From assembly GCF_006345805.1 (NCBI RefSeq), contig NC_042998.1, positions 70,122,001 to 70,186,000 of the forward strand: a stretch of DNA of 64,000 nt. Reading direction: 5' to 3'. Position 1 is the first letter of the stretch. Each line of letters begins with the position of its first letter. This document shows, piece by piece, positions 12,351-26,354 of the stretch. Source of the DNA: Octopus sinensis (Eukaryota). Both the position numbers and the translations under genes were made by a program. A model generated the notes under the pieces. It had not been told where the DNA came from. It made no database searches and saw only the letters and a list, made by a program, of their open reading frames with translations.

Positions 12351-12947
12351 ATATGTGTGTATATATTTATTTATATGTGTATGTATATATGTTTATATGT
12401 AGGTATATGTATATATATGTGTATATATATATATGTGAGTGTATATATGTATGTATGCAAGTATGTATATATGTAATTGTGTGTACATTGCGCTTGTGCT
12501 TGGAGGATAAAATCCCTTCTTTATTAAAATTTTCTTCATTTTCTTCATATTCATCATTATCTTCCCCATTCATTCTCCCCCCCCCTCTCTGTCTTTGTCA
12601 AAAATCCTCAACAATCAATTTAATACGTCATCAGTTGAAGACAATTCCGACTTTAACAATACAATCTCCATTTCTTTCTCTACTCTACACTCACATATTG
12701 CAGATTTATTCTTTGTTCTTGAAATAATTGTCATTCTTCCATCGTCTGAGATATTTAAGGAACAGGAAATCAAATGTTGTGACATTCATGTCTTTTTCTT
12801 AGTGAAGTAGATGACGTAATTTCAATATGGAAGCCATCGGGTAGATGGCTTCAGTTCAATGTTAACATGCTGTACATGTTTATTGATGGTAAATTGATAG
12901 GGTTTGTGTGAAGGCCATCGTGGTTGTAGCATTGCGTGGGTGTGTGT

Positions 12948-13177
12948 ACGGCGAGCTGGTAGAAACGTTAGCACGCCGGGCGAAATTCGTAGCCGTATTT
13001 CGTCTGTCGTTACGTTCCGAGTTCAAATTCCGCCGAGGTCGACTTTGCCATTCATCCTTTCGGGGTCGATAAATTAAGTACCAGTTACGCACTGGGGTCG
13101 ATGTAATCGACTTAATCCCTTTGTCTGTCCTTGTTTGTCCTCTCTGTGTTTAGCCCCTTGTGGGTAGTAAAGAAATA
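12948..13177 (+). mobile_element. SINE family A (tail type i)
   Basis: GGCGAGCTGGTAGAAACGTTAGC...GAGTTCAAATTCCGCCGAGGTCGAC...AGCCCCTTGTGGGTAGTAAAGAAATA. Confidence 0.92.
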
Positions 13178-14287
13178 TATGTTATTGACTAGGTATCAGT
13201 GTACGTATTTTTACCACTGGCATGGTCTTCACGCACATTCTAGCACACACATACCCACACGCACATACTGACACACACACACATACAGACAAACACACAT
13301 GTATACACACATTTATACGAACCAATGTTAGAACTTGATAGTAACTGCTATTATTACTGATAACCTCGGTCAAGGCTGTTGCTAGCTAAAACTTATCTAG
13401 GGTGTGTATATGACTAAATTCATGTGTCGGTTTGTCTGTCGTTATCTCTTTCATCTTTACACACATACATGCACATCTATGTACACATACATAGGCACAC
13501 ACAGAAACACACAAATATATCCTATGTATATCAGCAGACAATCCCACAATCCTATTTTATCGCTTATCTGCCAGGTAATATGTGTGCCAATATATGTCTG
13601 TATCTCATCTGTATATCTACATACAATAGCTAACAATACCAAAAATATTGCGCATTTTCGTATATGTGTGTGTGTGATATATATATATAGACAGGATTTG
13701 TCGTGTACGTGTGTGTGCGCGTGTATGTGTGTGTGTGTACGTGGGCGTGTGTAAGTTTCCTATGTTGATTCGAATGAGTTGCCGATTTTGACGTATGACG
13801 TATCAAAAGATTCAGTAATCTTTCGGTTAACAAGTAAAGTAAGTTTTTTTGCACAACAACTCTTTTTTATAACAAAAATAACCTCGAAAACTAGGCCAGG
13901 TTGCACAATTTTGAGGTCTTTAGCTAAGGGAGGCATCTCTGCCTGAACAATTTATGTCTTAGACAGAGCATAATGAGAAAATGCTCAAAATACATATAGT
14001 TTTACCAGGGAAGGAAACTTCGAAGATATACCGTCAACTTAATTATTATTATTTAGTACATAATCTTACAATGTGAAGTATGTTTGTCTGTGTTTTGTTT
14101 AGCCCAGAGTTGCCTCTCATGTAGTAGACCCATCGCATAGTTTTTTTTTTCTTCCTGAAATGCTGTAAACCATTTGATGACATGGTGTGTTTTAAGAGAG
14201 ATTTGGCTGCTATTTGTAGTAGCTCAAGTTACCACAGAGATACTTGTGTGTGTGTGTGCATGTGTATGTGCATGCGTGCGTGCGTGC

Positions 14288-14347
<60 letters not shown>

Positions 14348-14825
14348 TTTGTCGCGGTGAAAAAAAAATTTTTTCTTAGAATATTTTGCACAATAATTTT
14401 AAAAGAAATTTGGACATCTTTCTTACTGCTAACCATTTAATTTCAAATTACAATTGTTAATTGTGGGAAGTCAAATTGACTGAGATGTACATATAGTGTT
14501 ATCGTATTGAGTGGAAGTTCAATACGAAGTTTTAAACTCGTTATCTTGTGGTTAACAATCCATTACCTTAAATTTGAAGCCATTAAATCTTTAAACATTG
14601 TTTTACTGGGTTTAGTCTTTCGACTGTCACCATTATGGAGTATCACCTTCAAAATTTTAATTGATCATACTGATCTCAGTATTTCAATCTGGCATTTGTT
14701 TCATAGATCTCTGCTTGATGAACTGCTAACTTCGAGACACAGTGGCACACAATACTCGAGTTAACAACAAATTTAAACACACATACACACACAAACACAC
14801 ACACATGCGCACACATTAGGTGCAT

Positions 14826-14972
14826 GAATGACTGTGTGGTTGAGAAGTTTGCTTCCCAACTACATCGTTCTACGTTCAGTCTCTCTGCATTGTACCTTGG
14901 ACAAGTATTTTCTACCATAGCCCTAGGCCAACCAAAGACTCCTCGCTGAATTTGGTACACGGAAACTGAGGC
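14826..14972 (+). mobile_element. Diverged 5' half of a family C SINE
   Basis: GACTGTGTGGTTGAGAAGTTTGCTTCCCAACTACAT...CCTTGGACAAGT...GGAAACTGA is colinear with 48624-48770. Confidence 0.7.
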
Positions 14973-15039
14973 GTTGTTCCTCAGAAAGTGACCGAAAAAC
15001 ATGGTTATACAGAAGAGTTGTTTGCTTCATATTCTTCGT

Positions 15040-15122
15040 GTGCGAATTCTGCCCATAAGACAGGAACAAATAATACAATGCAGCAGGTCATAAACCCGGG
15101 CAACACCGGGGTGCATTGCTAG
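15040..15122 (+). mobile_element. Short Helitron-like 3' end
   Basis: Hairpin CCCGG-GCAACA-CCGGG (15095-15110), followed by GTGCATTG and then CTAG (15119-15122). The 5' boundary is uncertain. Confidence 0.55.
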
Positions 15123-15433
15123 CGTGTGTGTGTTTATATATATATAATAGAGAGAGAGAGAGGGAGAGAGAAACGAAGGGATAGGGAGAGACAACACGAG
15201 CAAGGCGAAACTAAATATATATTTTGTTGGACTCACAGTTATGATAAAACTTAACACCTTTATTTCACACTTTGAGTTCTTTATTCTAAGTGACCTGACC
15301 GTCTTCATATTACATAACTCTCTCCAAGAATATACGTATGTTATGTGTATGTCCGTAGGTATGCTCATACATGTGTGCACGGGTGAATGTATGTATGTAT
15401 ATATCTATATATCTATATCAATATCTATATCTA

Positions 15434-15489
<56 letters not shown>

Positions 15490-15512
15490 ATCTATCTATA
15501 TATATATATATG

Positions 15513-15559
<47 letters not shown>

Positions 15560-15561
15560 GT

Positions 15562-15720
<159 letters not shown>

Positions 15721-16441
15721 TATGTGTGCGTATGTGTCTGTAAAGAATTAGCTGTCGATTTATTAAGACGATATTTCTCACAGACACTCGTATAAGACAA
15801 ACTTCAATTCTAATAACATTTTCGAGATCATTCTGGAACCGAAAATGCACACCTATATACCTCCTTCTCCAATGGAAAACTTGTAGTTGTACATGCTTCA
15901 CAATCTATTTCTTAGAGGATTTATTCAAGTCAGAAGACAGAAAAATCTCCACAGATTTCTTCCAATTCCTTTGGAAACTCAGGCTTATGAGCTGGACCTT
16001 ACGCCATTAAATTGAAAATCGAAGACAAAGCCCAGCAACTCTTCAGTGGATTCTGAAAAATACAGGCCATACCAACGTTCGTTTGTTAATTTAATATTCC
16101 GTGAATGGCTGAAGATGTGTGTGTACGACGTAACGAGTAAACTCATACTCATTGAGTGAAGAGGATCAGCTGATCGATTATCTTGTAGACCAGAAATACT
16201 AATGTTGCTTCCTGGACTGCTATAGTGTGAAGGAGACTGTCTGATCCTAACTTGAGGTCATCAAGAGACAATTAATCAGCAATACTGTTTGAATCTGGAA
16301 GTAGAATCTAGTCGATATGTCGTAAAATTTCGATCTTATGAAAGCTGTCATAAAGGAATTTTCTCTGATGTCAACACCTAAACAAGGTTTCTGATCTTTG
16401 ATTAAATGATACCGCAGACTTTTTAATATTTGGAACCTTTC

Positions 16442-16612
16442 AAGGGCGGTGAGTAGGCAGAATTGTTAGCACACCGGACGAAATGCTTAGCGGCATTTCG
16501 TCCGTCGCTACGTTCTGACTTCAAATTCTGCCGAGGTCGACTTTACCTTTCATCCTTTCGAGGTCGATGAAATAAGTACCAGTTGAACACCAGGATCGAT
16601 GTCTCTTGACTT
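16442..16612 (+). mobile_element. SINE family A, 3'-truncated, diverged
   Basis: Head and core recognisable (GCCGAGGTCGACTTTACCTTTCATCCTTTCGAGGTCGAT). Confidence 0.8.
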
Positions 16613-17584
16613 GAATGAATGAAAATGCTGATAATAACAATTTTAAGTATGTTTATGGTCAGTCCCGAGTAATTCCTTTCACTGCCATCTGAGGGTGTTG
16701 TAGATGCTTTGTATATATCATTCTTTGTGAAGGCAAAATTCTCAGAATGGTAGATTGAGAAATTTCTACAACTACAAGTTTTCCCTTGGACTGGGCGATA
16801 TACAGGTGTGCATTTTCAGGTTGTACTGTGATCTGGACGACGTTATTAGAGTTGAAGAGTTTGTCTTATTAGTGTGTCTGTGACAAATATTGTCTTAACA
16901 AAGCCACTTCTAGCTAATGTATCGTTACTGAAAGTGGGTGGTCCTGTTGAAGATAATTCCTGCTTGAGTATGAATCGGAGACTTTCCTACTTATTCCAAC
17001 AACAACATTCCCTATTATGGCTAGGAGTTGAATAGAATATTCGCTGGAACTGTGACAGTCATGTATTTGAAGCTGTTAATTCTATTCAAAATTCACTGGA
17101 CAGGGATTTTAAAAGTCTCCTGATCTAGTGCCTGCTGTAACTTCTCTCATGTTTAGTTGAAATTTAACAAACTTTGGAAAATATCTTCAGAAGTAACCTT
17201 CGTTCACAGCTCCTTGTTAGTGCCCTTTTTAACCTGACCACTCTTCATTTTACTTGATAATTTTACACCATATTATATTTACAATATTTTACATCATGAT
17301 AAGTTTAATTCACTCATGTGTAAATTCCTTCATCGTTACTCGTTAATCATATATCTATATATAATCTCACTTCAGTTGGACCTGTTGATATTACTTCATA
17401 AGGTACCCTCTTTATCTTACCCCATTTAACATTAGCCCTCAGTATAATCCCACCCATCTTCCACAGCTTCCTATTATTAATACCTTCTATAACCACTTTT
17501 AATTTACCTCTCAATGTAACCCGTCCCTTCACCTTTGTTTGTTAAAGCTATCACTAAATTAACACCTGTCCATATATGCATATA

Positions 17585-17737
17585 CAGTAACCCTTCGACT
17601 TTCGAGGGTGTTACGTTCCCAAACCACCCCCAGAAATAATTAATATCTAAAATAATATAAATACTTATCGACCACAGAAATCCGGATATACTGAGGAGTC
17701 CGCGATAGGTGAACCGTGATATGGCGAGGGATTACTG
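17585..17737. mobile_element. pogo/Tigger-like MITE (153 bp)
   Basis: TA|CAGTAACCCTTCGAC ... GCGAGGGATTACTG|TA: inverted termini with a TA TSD. Shares GTTACGTTCC and CGCGATAGGTGA with the copy at 43413. Confidence 0.8.
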
Positions 17738-17873
17738 TAGACAAGATAGGTGAGATCGCAAGTTACTGATCCGGATAGTTGGACTATGTTTAATAAGTAC
17801 CACTGAGTTTTGGGGGTACCATTATGAGCTGATTAGAGAGGTAAGGCAGTGTAGCAAGTAGGTAGGTATTACA

Positions 17874-18005
<132 letters not shown>

Positions 18006-18007
18006 CA

Positions 18008-18039
<32 letters not shown>

Positions 18040-18404
18040 CCATTTTGTGGTACCTAATTCTCGCTTGGCCGACTGAGTTATTAGCCAATGGGTACATTTC
18101 ATCGTTGGTACTGAGTGGAAATGAAACCCCGAATCTTTGGTTTCCAACTCGACCGTTTTGATTCTCAAGAGAACAAAAAATATCATGTATTCGTCTTACA
18201 CGAATTTTAAGATGAATTAATGATGTTCATAATTTTCTCAAAGTATTGTGGTTGACATGAAGTGGTCTCAAACAAGGATTGAAACTGCAATCGTAATATT
18301 GGTTTGTCAGTGTTTTACCTCGTGGTTTACTGCTCCACTATTTATAGTAAGTCAAAGGAATTTTTTACACAGCCACAAGGCCTCAAACTTGAAAGAAAGG
18401 TACT

Positions 18405-18555
18405 GTTGATTAAATCTATCCTAGTTCTTTACTGTCGCTTTATTTTATCGATCCTGGAAAGAAGAAAGGTAAAGTTGACCTCGGTGGGATTTGAACACAG
18501 ATCGTAAAGGGACGTGACTAAAAGCCGCAAGACATTTTGTCCGCTCCTCAGCATA
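18405..18555 (-). mobile_element. SINE family A, strongly diverged
   Basis: AAAGTTGACCTCGGTGGGATTTGAAC matches the minus-strand core and B-box. Confidence 0.6.
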
Positions 18556-19909
18556 TTCCAATAGTTTAAAATACTACTTTCGCTTTGTGTTCGAGTTTTC
18601 TTACTTTTTCTTTTTTGGCAATTGTTTATTTCCTGTTTTATAGATGTTACCACTAAGCATGGTAAATCTCGGAGATATGGTCTTAACAACTGCACCAGAA
18701 CTGAGAATGTTTCGTTAATATCAAAGAATATTTATTACTAAAAGAAATCCACTAGGCATCAGGAAATACATCTGCATGCTTCGTTCAAAGACAACGCTCT
18801 ATAGAAGCAGGGATTAGTTCTTCTCGTTTAACAGGAATCAACACTGAACGTCTTAGAAATCGGATAAAATGGATTTCTTAATCAATCCAACTATTTTATA
18901 TTCGGCATTGGAAAATAGTTTTTGCTTCAGTTTTCCACTGATATGAAACGAACCATTTTGATAGCAACAAGTTTGTTTTATTTTTTATCTATATCTATTT
19001 GTTTTTTTACCTCGATATTGTTACCGACTCTCTGAGGGACTGTTTTAATGTTTTTGTTGGGGTTTTTTTTTTCTTCATTTCAGTATCTCTTTCCGCCGTT
19101 GATTTTGGTTTTACTTCACAAAGAACTAAATCTTTAAGTGGAAAATTAATAGCCTATCTGTTGAGGTCACGATGTTTTCACTTCGTCCTAGCATGTTACA
19201 AATAGTGGGTTAAGGCGTATTTAGCTCCTCTGTTAGTTCCAGAGGAATTTCGCTGTTGAGTTATTTAACAACTGAAATATTTAGCTTTGGAGATATTATC
19301 TTCTAAAATATTCCAAAATATATTGTTTGTTTTGTTTTTGCTCTTGTTGCTGCGACTGTTGTTGTCATTGCTACTTGCTGTCGCTGTTGTAGTTATAGTT
19401 ATTGTTGTTGTTACGTAGAACAAAGCAATTAATAATAAGTTTCAAAACATTTACATATTGATGCGAAATTTTACGTAAATTAATCTCCATTGGTTTGGAG
19501 ATAAATATAATTTCTATGGAGAAATTCTTCGAAACAAGCAATTCTTTGTGTATATATTCCTCAGACCATAGTCTACTAACAATTTACCAACACTGATTCG
19601 TCGTCAATATGCGTCCTCCTTTAGCGTTTATACTGTTACAACAACAGCCTTTGTTCGTTTCTATAAACTTTCTTACTATGCACTAAACATTTCCCTCTAC
19701 TCTAACCCACTTCACTTGTTACTGCTGTACGCCCACCTTCAGACATCCAGCAAAATAAACACATGATCTGATCCATCTTTCACATTATTATATCCCTCTG
19801 GAGCTCCCGTCCCCACCATATTTTTCTTTTCAGCATACATGATCTTATATTGTAAGCACAAACTATGGCCGCAATGAAAAAATAATGGAACTACTACCAC
19901 AATTATATG

Positions 19910-20330
19910 CATGTACGTACGTACGTACGTGTGTATGTATGTATGTATGTATGTATGTATGTATGTATGTATGTATGTATGTATGTATGTATGTATGTAT
20001 ATTATGTATGTATGTATGTATGTATGTATGTATGTATGTATGTATTATGTATGTATGCATGTATGTATGCACGCATGTATGTATGTATGTATGTATGTAT
20101 GTATGTATGTATGTATGTATGTATGTATGTATGTATGTATGTATGTATGTATGTATGTATGTATGTATGTATGTATGTATGTAGGTATGTATGTATGTAT
20201 GTATGTATGTATGTATGCATGTATGTATGTATGTATGTTTGCATGTATGTATGTATGTATATATGTATGTATGTGTGTATGTATGTATGTATGTATGTAT
20301 GTATGTATGTATGTATGTGTGTATGTATGG
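19910..20330. repeat. (TATG)n tetranucleotide array
   Basis: Direct reading. Confidence 0.98.
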
Positions 20331-21088
20331 CTATGTTATTTCTAAGAGTTATGGTTAAAGTAACAATCTGCTATCTAGTTTAAAATAGGCACTATATCAC
20401 TATGTACAAGTACAGATCAATGATGTAAGAGGTACTATGAAGTGGTCAAGCTTAGTAATACTATAGGTACTATGAGGTGGTCGAGCTCACTGGTGTAACC
20501 AGCAATATCATTATAAAATTGGCGAACATTTCCATCAGCTTGTTGCACGATTTCCTTTCAACTGGACCTGATGATATATAACTTGGGCATCTAAGCTGAT
20601 TTATACCCGAGTATATTTCTCATAAGATATACATTAACACAGCAAGCAACAAAAGCAACAAATAGTAATAAATGTGGATATTGTTTGCTTATAGTACCAA
20701 GATCTTCTCCATTTCTCTCATCCTTAATCATGACAGATTCATTTATACCACCGTTAGACGAACAGAATAAAGGGAGCAGGTTTTGATTCTTGTTGAAGTG
20801 AATTCATTTTATTTCAGTAATATCTGTAGTGTTCTGATAAACACATGAACATTACAACATTCAAGTCACATGTATTTCTCTTCTGGAAAGCAATCTCAAG
20901 TGTTATAAAAGTGTGATAAATAAATATATCAGGCTTGCAATCACATGTATCCATCAAAGGGTAGCCTTGCAATCGAGAGAAATGGAAATTTTGACTTTTA
21001 GGATTTTCCATAATGGATTGATTAACGAAGGAAATGTTAAACTAATGGCTTGTAGGAACGCTGTATTTCGTTATGCATAATACCATAA

Positions 21089-21458
21089 TCTCTCTATATA
21101 TAAACGGCAGTTTGTCTGTGTGTGTGTCTGTGTGTCTGTCAGGTTGTACCCTCACCCTGACCATGGCTTTCAACCGATTCTGATGAAACTTGACACACAC
21201 ATAGCCCAATGTCATAATTCAAAACTAACGCAGCGAAAATTTTGAAAAGTTCCCCCCAGTTCTGAAAAAAATCGATAAATTCGACATGGGGTCGAGAATC
21301 AGAAACACAAACCACAGACTGTCTAGGGGACGCAACTCGACCTTTTTAACTCTCATAATATTTTTCCCACTTTTTTCTATTTTTTGGCTATAACTCTCTA
21401 AAAATGCTTTATAGTTATTTCCCTTACAAACTCAAGCAACGCCGGGCGATACTGCTAG
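21089..21458 (+). mobile_element. Non-autonomous Helitron-like element
   Basis: Begins A|TCTCTCTATATATAAACGG and carries a TG/TC microsatellite near the 5' end. Ends GCAACGCCGGGCGATACTGCTAG|T: TC...CTAG termini between A and T, a GC-rich subterminal motif, and no TSD. Confidence 0.75.
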
Positions 21459-21781
21459 TACGCTATAAAATATATTAAACATTTTTATAAGTCAACATTT
21501 TGATGGACAGTGTTAGCTGCACACTTTACATCACTTGTTAGGATTATCCCGACAGATATTCTGTAGAGATTATAGCCAGCACTGACTTTTGCTACGACGT
21601 TTCGTATTCGAGACATCAGGTGTAAACAAACAATGAAATCAAAGATGAAAAAAATGTAATGGGCGTATATACCATATTTCGGGAGTTTTTGCCCCTTCAA
21701 TAGCATCCATCTAACCCTTAATCATCCACGAACTCATTGCTTATACAGTGGTGTAACATTATTAGATATACCACCTTTACA

Positions 21782-21999
21782 TATTCTTTTCTACTCTAGG
21801 CACAAGGCCCGAACTTTTGGCGGAGTTGGTCAGTCGATTAGATCGACCTCAGTATGAAACTGGTACTTAATTTATCGACCCCGAAAGGATGAAAGACAAA
21901 ATCGAACTCGGCAGAATTTGAACCCAGAACGTAAAGACAGACGAAATACCGCTAAGTATTTCGCTCGGTGTGCTAACGTTTCTACTAGCTCGCCGCCTT
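21782..21999 (-). mobile_element. SINE family A (tail type ii), first of a tandem pair
   Basis: TATTCTTTTCTACTCTAGGCACAAGGCCC ... GCTCGCCGCCTT. Confidence 0.9.
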
Positions 22000-22002
22000 A
22001 AG

Positions 22003-22222
22003 TATTCTTTTCCACTCTAGGCACAAGGCCCAAAAAGTTTTGATGGGGGGGGGCAGTCGATGAGATCGACCTCAGTACACAACTGGCACTTAATTTATCG
22101 ACCCCGAAAGGATGAAAGGCAAAGTCGACCTCGGCGTAATTTGAACTCAGAACGTAATGGCAGACGAAATGCCGCTAAGCATTTCGCCCGGCGTACTAAC
22201 GTTTCTGCTAGCTCGCCGCCTT
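22003..22222 (-). mobile_element. SINE family A (tail type ii), second of a tandem pair
   Basis: TATTCTTTTCCACTCTAGGCACAAGGCCC ... GCTCGCCGCCTT, starting 3 nt after the first copy. Confidence 0.9.
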
Positions 22223-23994
22223 ACCACCTTTGCATATTAGACACATTCCTGGAAGCTGGTACGAAAATGTTAATGACTTGTAGGGATGCGGTATTTCGTT
22301 ATGCAATCATAATGTATTATGAAGTGAAACAGGTTCTTGAGCGATGACGCTCACTGGGTTGGTGTAAAATCTCTTTGAAGTCTAGAGTTAGGATCAAGGT
22401 CAAGGTTTAAGTGTTTATTGTTTGGTTTTGGTTTAGTTTTATATTTTATTTTCGCGAATTGAACCATGAAAAAATTCTTAGTTGAACCAAATTCAGGATG
22501 GGACATTTTATAAAGCATGCGGAACATATGGAACATCATCTCGTTTGTTTAGAAAGCAAAAGTATGGTAGCAGCAAAAAGGAAAGGTAACAAAACTTCTG
22601 TTGTTGTTCTTGTTGTTTAAACCCATGCTCACTTCGATGGAATAAACTTACACTTAATGCCATCCTGACTTGACCATCCCGTATAATTTCGAAGACTGCA
22701 TAATTCAATGTGCCATTATTTTCTTAAGCGAGCACGATACGAGTCGAGAGAAATTTTGCTGGTATTTCTAGACACTCGAACTACCACCTACAGGCTACCA
22801 AGTCGCCTCGTTTTGTCGTCTGTTTTGGGATCAAGTTTCAGTGAAGGAGGTATTTACCTTTCATCACTCTCGGCTCGGTTTATGAAAACCAAGGATGGGA
22901 ATCATTAAATTGCCGACTATAGCCTCTTTCCTCTTCTCATTGTTGACCTTGTATTACTGTGGCACATTGTTATTATTTCTAACTCTTGTTTGTTTAGTGA
23001 ATAATTTGCAAGACACAATTTGCACCATACCGATAAGTGAATTACTTCGAAGTACTTCCGCTCCTATTTTCATATCACTTCCGGTTCTACTGAGCTCGTA
23101 CTGCGACTCTATATTTGTCTTTTAGCAATTGTCCGCCTACAAGAGTGTTTATGAAAAACTAGGGTATAACGAACGACTGAATGTCTACCTATCGGTAATA
23201 GGGTTGAATGGATATAGCGAAGACAGACTGACGACATCCAACTGCTGTCTAATACAGTCTTCAGTCTGGCTATATATAAATACACATACACAACACACAC
23301 ACACACACACACACATGCACACACACGTGCACACACACACGTGCACACACGTGCACACACACACACACGTGCACACACACACATATATCTATATACATAT
23401 GTTCGTGCTTTTATATAATCATATTCATTTAATGCTAGTATGGATTAGACGTATCTTCGCGGTCTGGGTCAGTTCTTATTCGCCGTCACCGTATTCATAG
23501 ACGAGCCGGAGGACATCTCTCTCGGACATTTCAATTTTGTCCATTTTACAGAAAGGCACCGACACTAGAGGGGTTTTCATTTCCCCAGTAAGAGTGAAAA
23601 GTCCGTTCAACCCTTCGTTGAATGACTTCGCTCGTTTGCCAACCACTTAACAGAATGTAACGAGCTTTTTTTTTTCTATCGTGGTACCGGCATTAATGAG
23701 ATCATATTTTATCTCATAACAATAGAAATTCCTCACTATTCTGATTAGTTCGTTCACTTGAGGTAACGTGTCTTAGAAGGTGAATAGAAGACACTGTGAT
23801 AATTGAAAAATTAGGATGAGAGTAGTAAAAGCTGCAAGAGTACGATGACAGAAACAGATTGCAAAGAGTACGTGGTAAAGAGTGATATATTGTTATAGAA
23901 CTTGAGGGGGATAACGGTAAGATGTTAATAGTAAGTATTAATTGCTGCGAGGGACACTGAATTTCGTTTTGAAACCATAATATACTACCAAGTA

Positions 23995-24211
23995 TATTGG
24001 TTTCAAATTTTGGCTCAAGGCCAGCAATTTCAAGGCAGGGGGTAAGTCGATTACATCAACCCCAGTACTCAGCTGGTATTTATTTTATTGACTCCGAAAC
24101 GATGAAAATCAAAGTCAACTTTGGAGGAATGTGAAGTCAGAACGTAAAGACGGACGAAATACCGCTAACCATTTTGTCCGGCGTGCTAAGATTCTGTCCG
24201 CTCGTCGCCTT
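23995..24211 (-). mobile_element. SINE family A (tail type iii) with a 19-20 bp imperfect TSD
   Basis: TATTGGTTTCAAATTTTGGC tail. Flanked by ATATACTACCAAGTATATT (23980-98) and ATATACTAACAAAGTATATT (24212-31). Confidence 0.85.
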
Positions 24212-25489
24212 ATATACTAACAAAGTATATTAAAGATTTAAAAACCAATACTGTATCCTGCTTTGCGTTGTTTTCATTTTAGTTTTATGTATATTTCTAC
24301 AGGTTTTCTATAGAATTTTGAGCCGCATTGAAAGTTATGATATTTCATACACGAATACGCTGAGTAAACAATGCAATCGAAGCTAGAAAAATAAGTAATG
24401 GGTGTATATGCATAATTCGTGAGTTATTGTTCCTTCTTCAACATCACTTACAAAATGAAAACAACGCACTGCTAACACAGAGTAGGACACAGTACTGCAA
24501 CCATTTAATATACTTGGTAATATATTATGGTTGGAAATACGGTGTTCCTACCAGTAGTAAATATGCATGTACCAGTTATCAGGAATGTGTTTAATATGTA
24601 AATTGGTCTATCCAATAGTGTTGCACTGCTAAACTTAGTGGCTATTTAAGCAATGTATTTGCGGATGGTTAATGGGATAGATGCGGTGCAGTGGAGATAC
24701 ACTTAAAAATTGTTAATAGTAACGGCTCAGAGAAAAGGGAATAATGAGTGGTAGTGCAGAAAGGGTGATGGTATGGAGTATCGTATACTACCTTCCTTAG
24801 TCACTCCGATAGAATGGTATAGCAAATGCAATGGAACGTGAATAAAGAGGGAGTAAATGATTGGTAGTTAAGTGGAAATATGAGTGTTGATGGGATGCGT
24901 GATGGTGCTGAAGAAGGAGCAAGAGCTCCTGAAATGTGCACGTACACTCATTTCCTATTTTTCTATCTTCGGTCGCATTGTTTACGTGGACGTATTCGTG
25001 TATGAAGTATCATAACATTCAGTGTTGGCTCAAAATACTATAGAAAATCTGTAGAAATATACTTAAAACATGAAAACAACGCATAGCTAACACAAAGGAG
25101 GATACTCTTTTGGCTTACAAACCTTTAACATACTTGTTAGTATATAAGGCGGCGAGTTATGGAAGATTGAGTAATAGAGAGATGAGCTAATTATATACGT
25201 GTGTGTGTAATTAGAAAACCAGTGGATGACTGAATCAGTGGAATGATGAGCCCACTATAGGGTGGTGTAACAGCAGAGTGCTCAGTCCGTTTGTTAATTG
25301 AATCGGAGGGGCGTTGGTCCTAAGTAACCTAGAGTGTTTGTTATACTGGGGTCGACTTCATCTTTCGTTCTTCTATTGTAGAATAACATAAGCACCTGTC
25401 ATATACTGTAGTTTACATTCCTAAGCTTCACTTACAAAATGTAGAGCCTAAAGTCTAAAGGAGAAATACAGTGTTGTTATTGTTAATGT

Positions 25490-25980
25490 TGTTGTTGTTG
25501 TTGTTGTTGTTGTTGTGTTGTTAAGATATACATTGTAATGTCGGATTACTGGTGCTTCTGGTGATGCTGATGATGATGAAGGTGATAAAGTCGGTGATGA
25601 CGATGACGACAACGATGATGATGATGATGATGACGATCTTGATGATGATCTTGATGATGATCTTGATGATGATCTTGATGATGATGATGATGATGATGAT
25701 GGCGATGAAGATTTCTAGAAGAGTAGTGATGATGAATCATAGATACAGATGGAAACATATCAAATAGAAGATATATTTTTAGTTTTGATGAAACATATTT
25801 TTCCGTCAACACCACCACCTCCACCTCCACCTCCATCTCCACCATCACCAATTCCACTACTACTATCGCTACCGTCGCCGCCAACATTAACCGACACCAC
25901 TAACACCTCCACCTCTAATACCATCACTACCATCACCGCCACCACCACCAGTACCATTGCCACAACAACTAACAACCATA
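25490..25980. repeat. Compound trinucleotide low-complexity region (GTT, GAT, CCA/CCT)
   Basis: Direct reading. Confidence 0.9.
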
Positions 25981-26354
25981 TTCTCACTGCTAATTAGAAA
26001 CGAGGCTCTGACATTTTGAAAAGGCGCCAACATGTTTAGCACGAAGTCGCCATCAAAAGTTCTTCTACTTGAACATTTTCACGGCACCCTTTGTATTCCT
26101 GCTGAGCAACGCTCGGTCATGTTGAATTGAGTGGTGTCGGACACTTAAGTAGAAGTATGTTAAATACTCGCGTGTTATGTTTAAATTTTAATCTACTTTT
26201 CACTCACCTTCACTCATCTTCACTCCGAGCGTTTGTTCCAGTGCCTCATTCTTCATATACTTACTGGAGCAGATTAATGAGTGACTGTGATTTATTCTTT
26301 TCCTCTCAGCCTTTTGTCTGAGTTTTCCGACGATGATCTACTTAATGCTGTCTT

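Noticed and set aside
15900-17300. Possible ancient RTE-like endonuclease/RT remnants (DQLIDYLV, VEEFVLL)
   Set aside because: Only isolated short motifs; too weak to support without a profile search.
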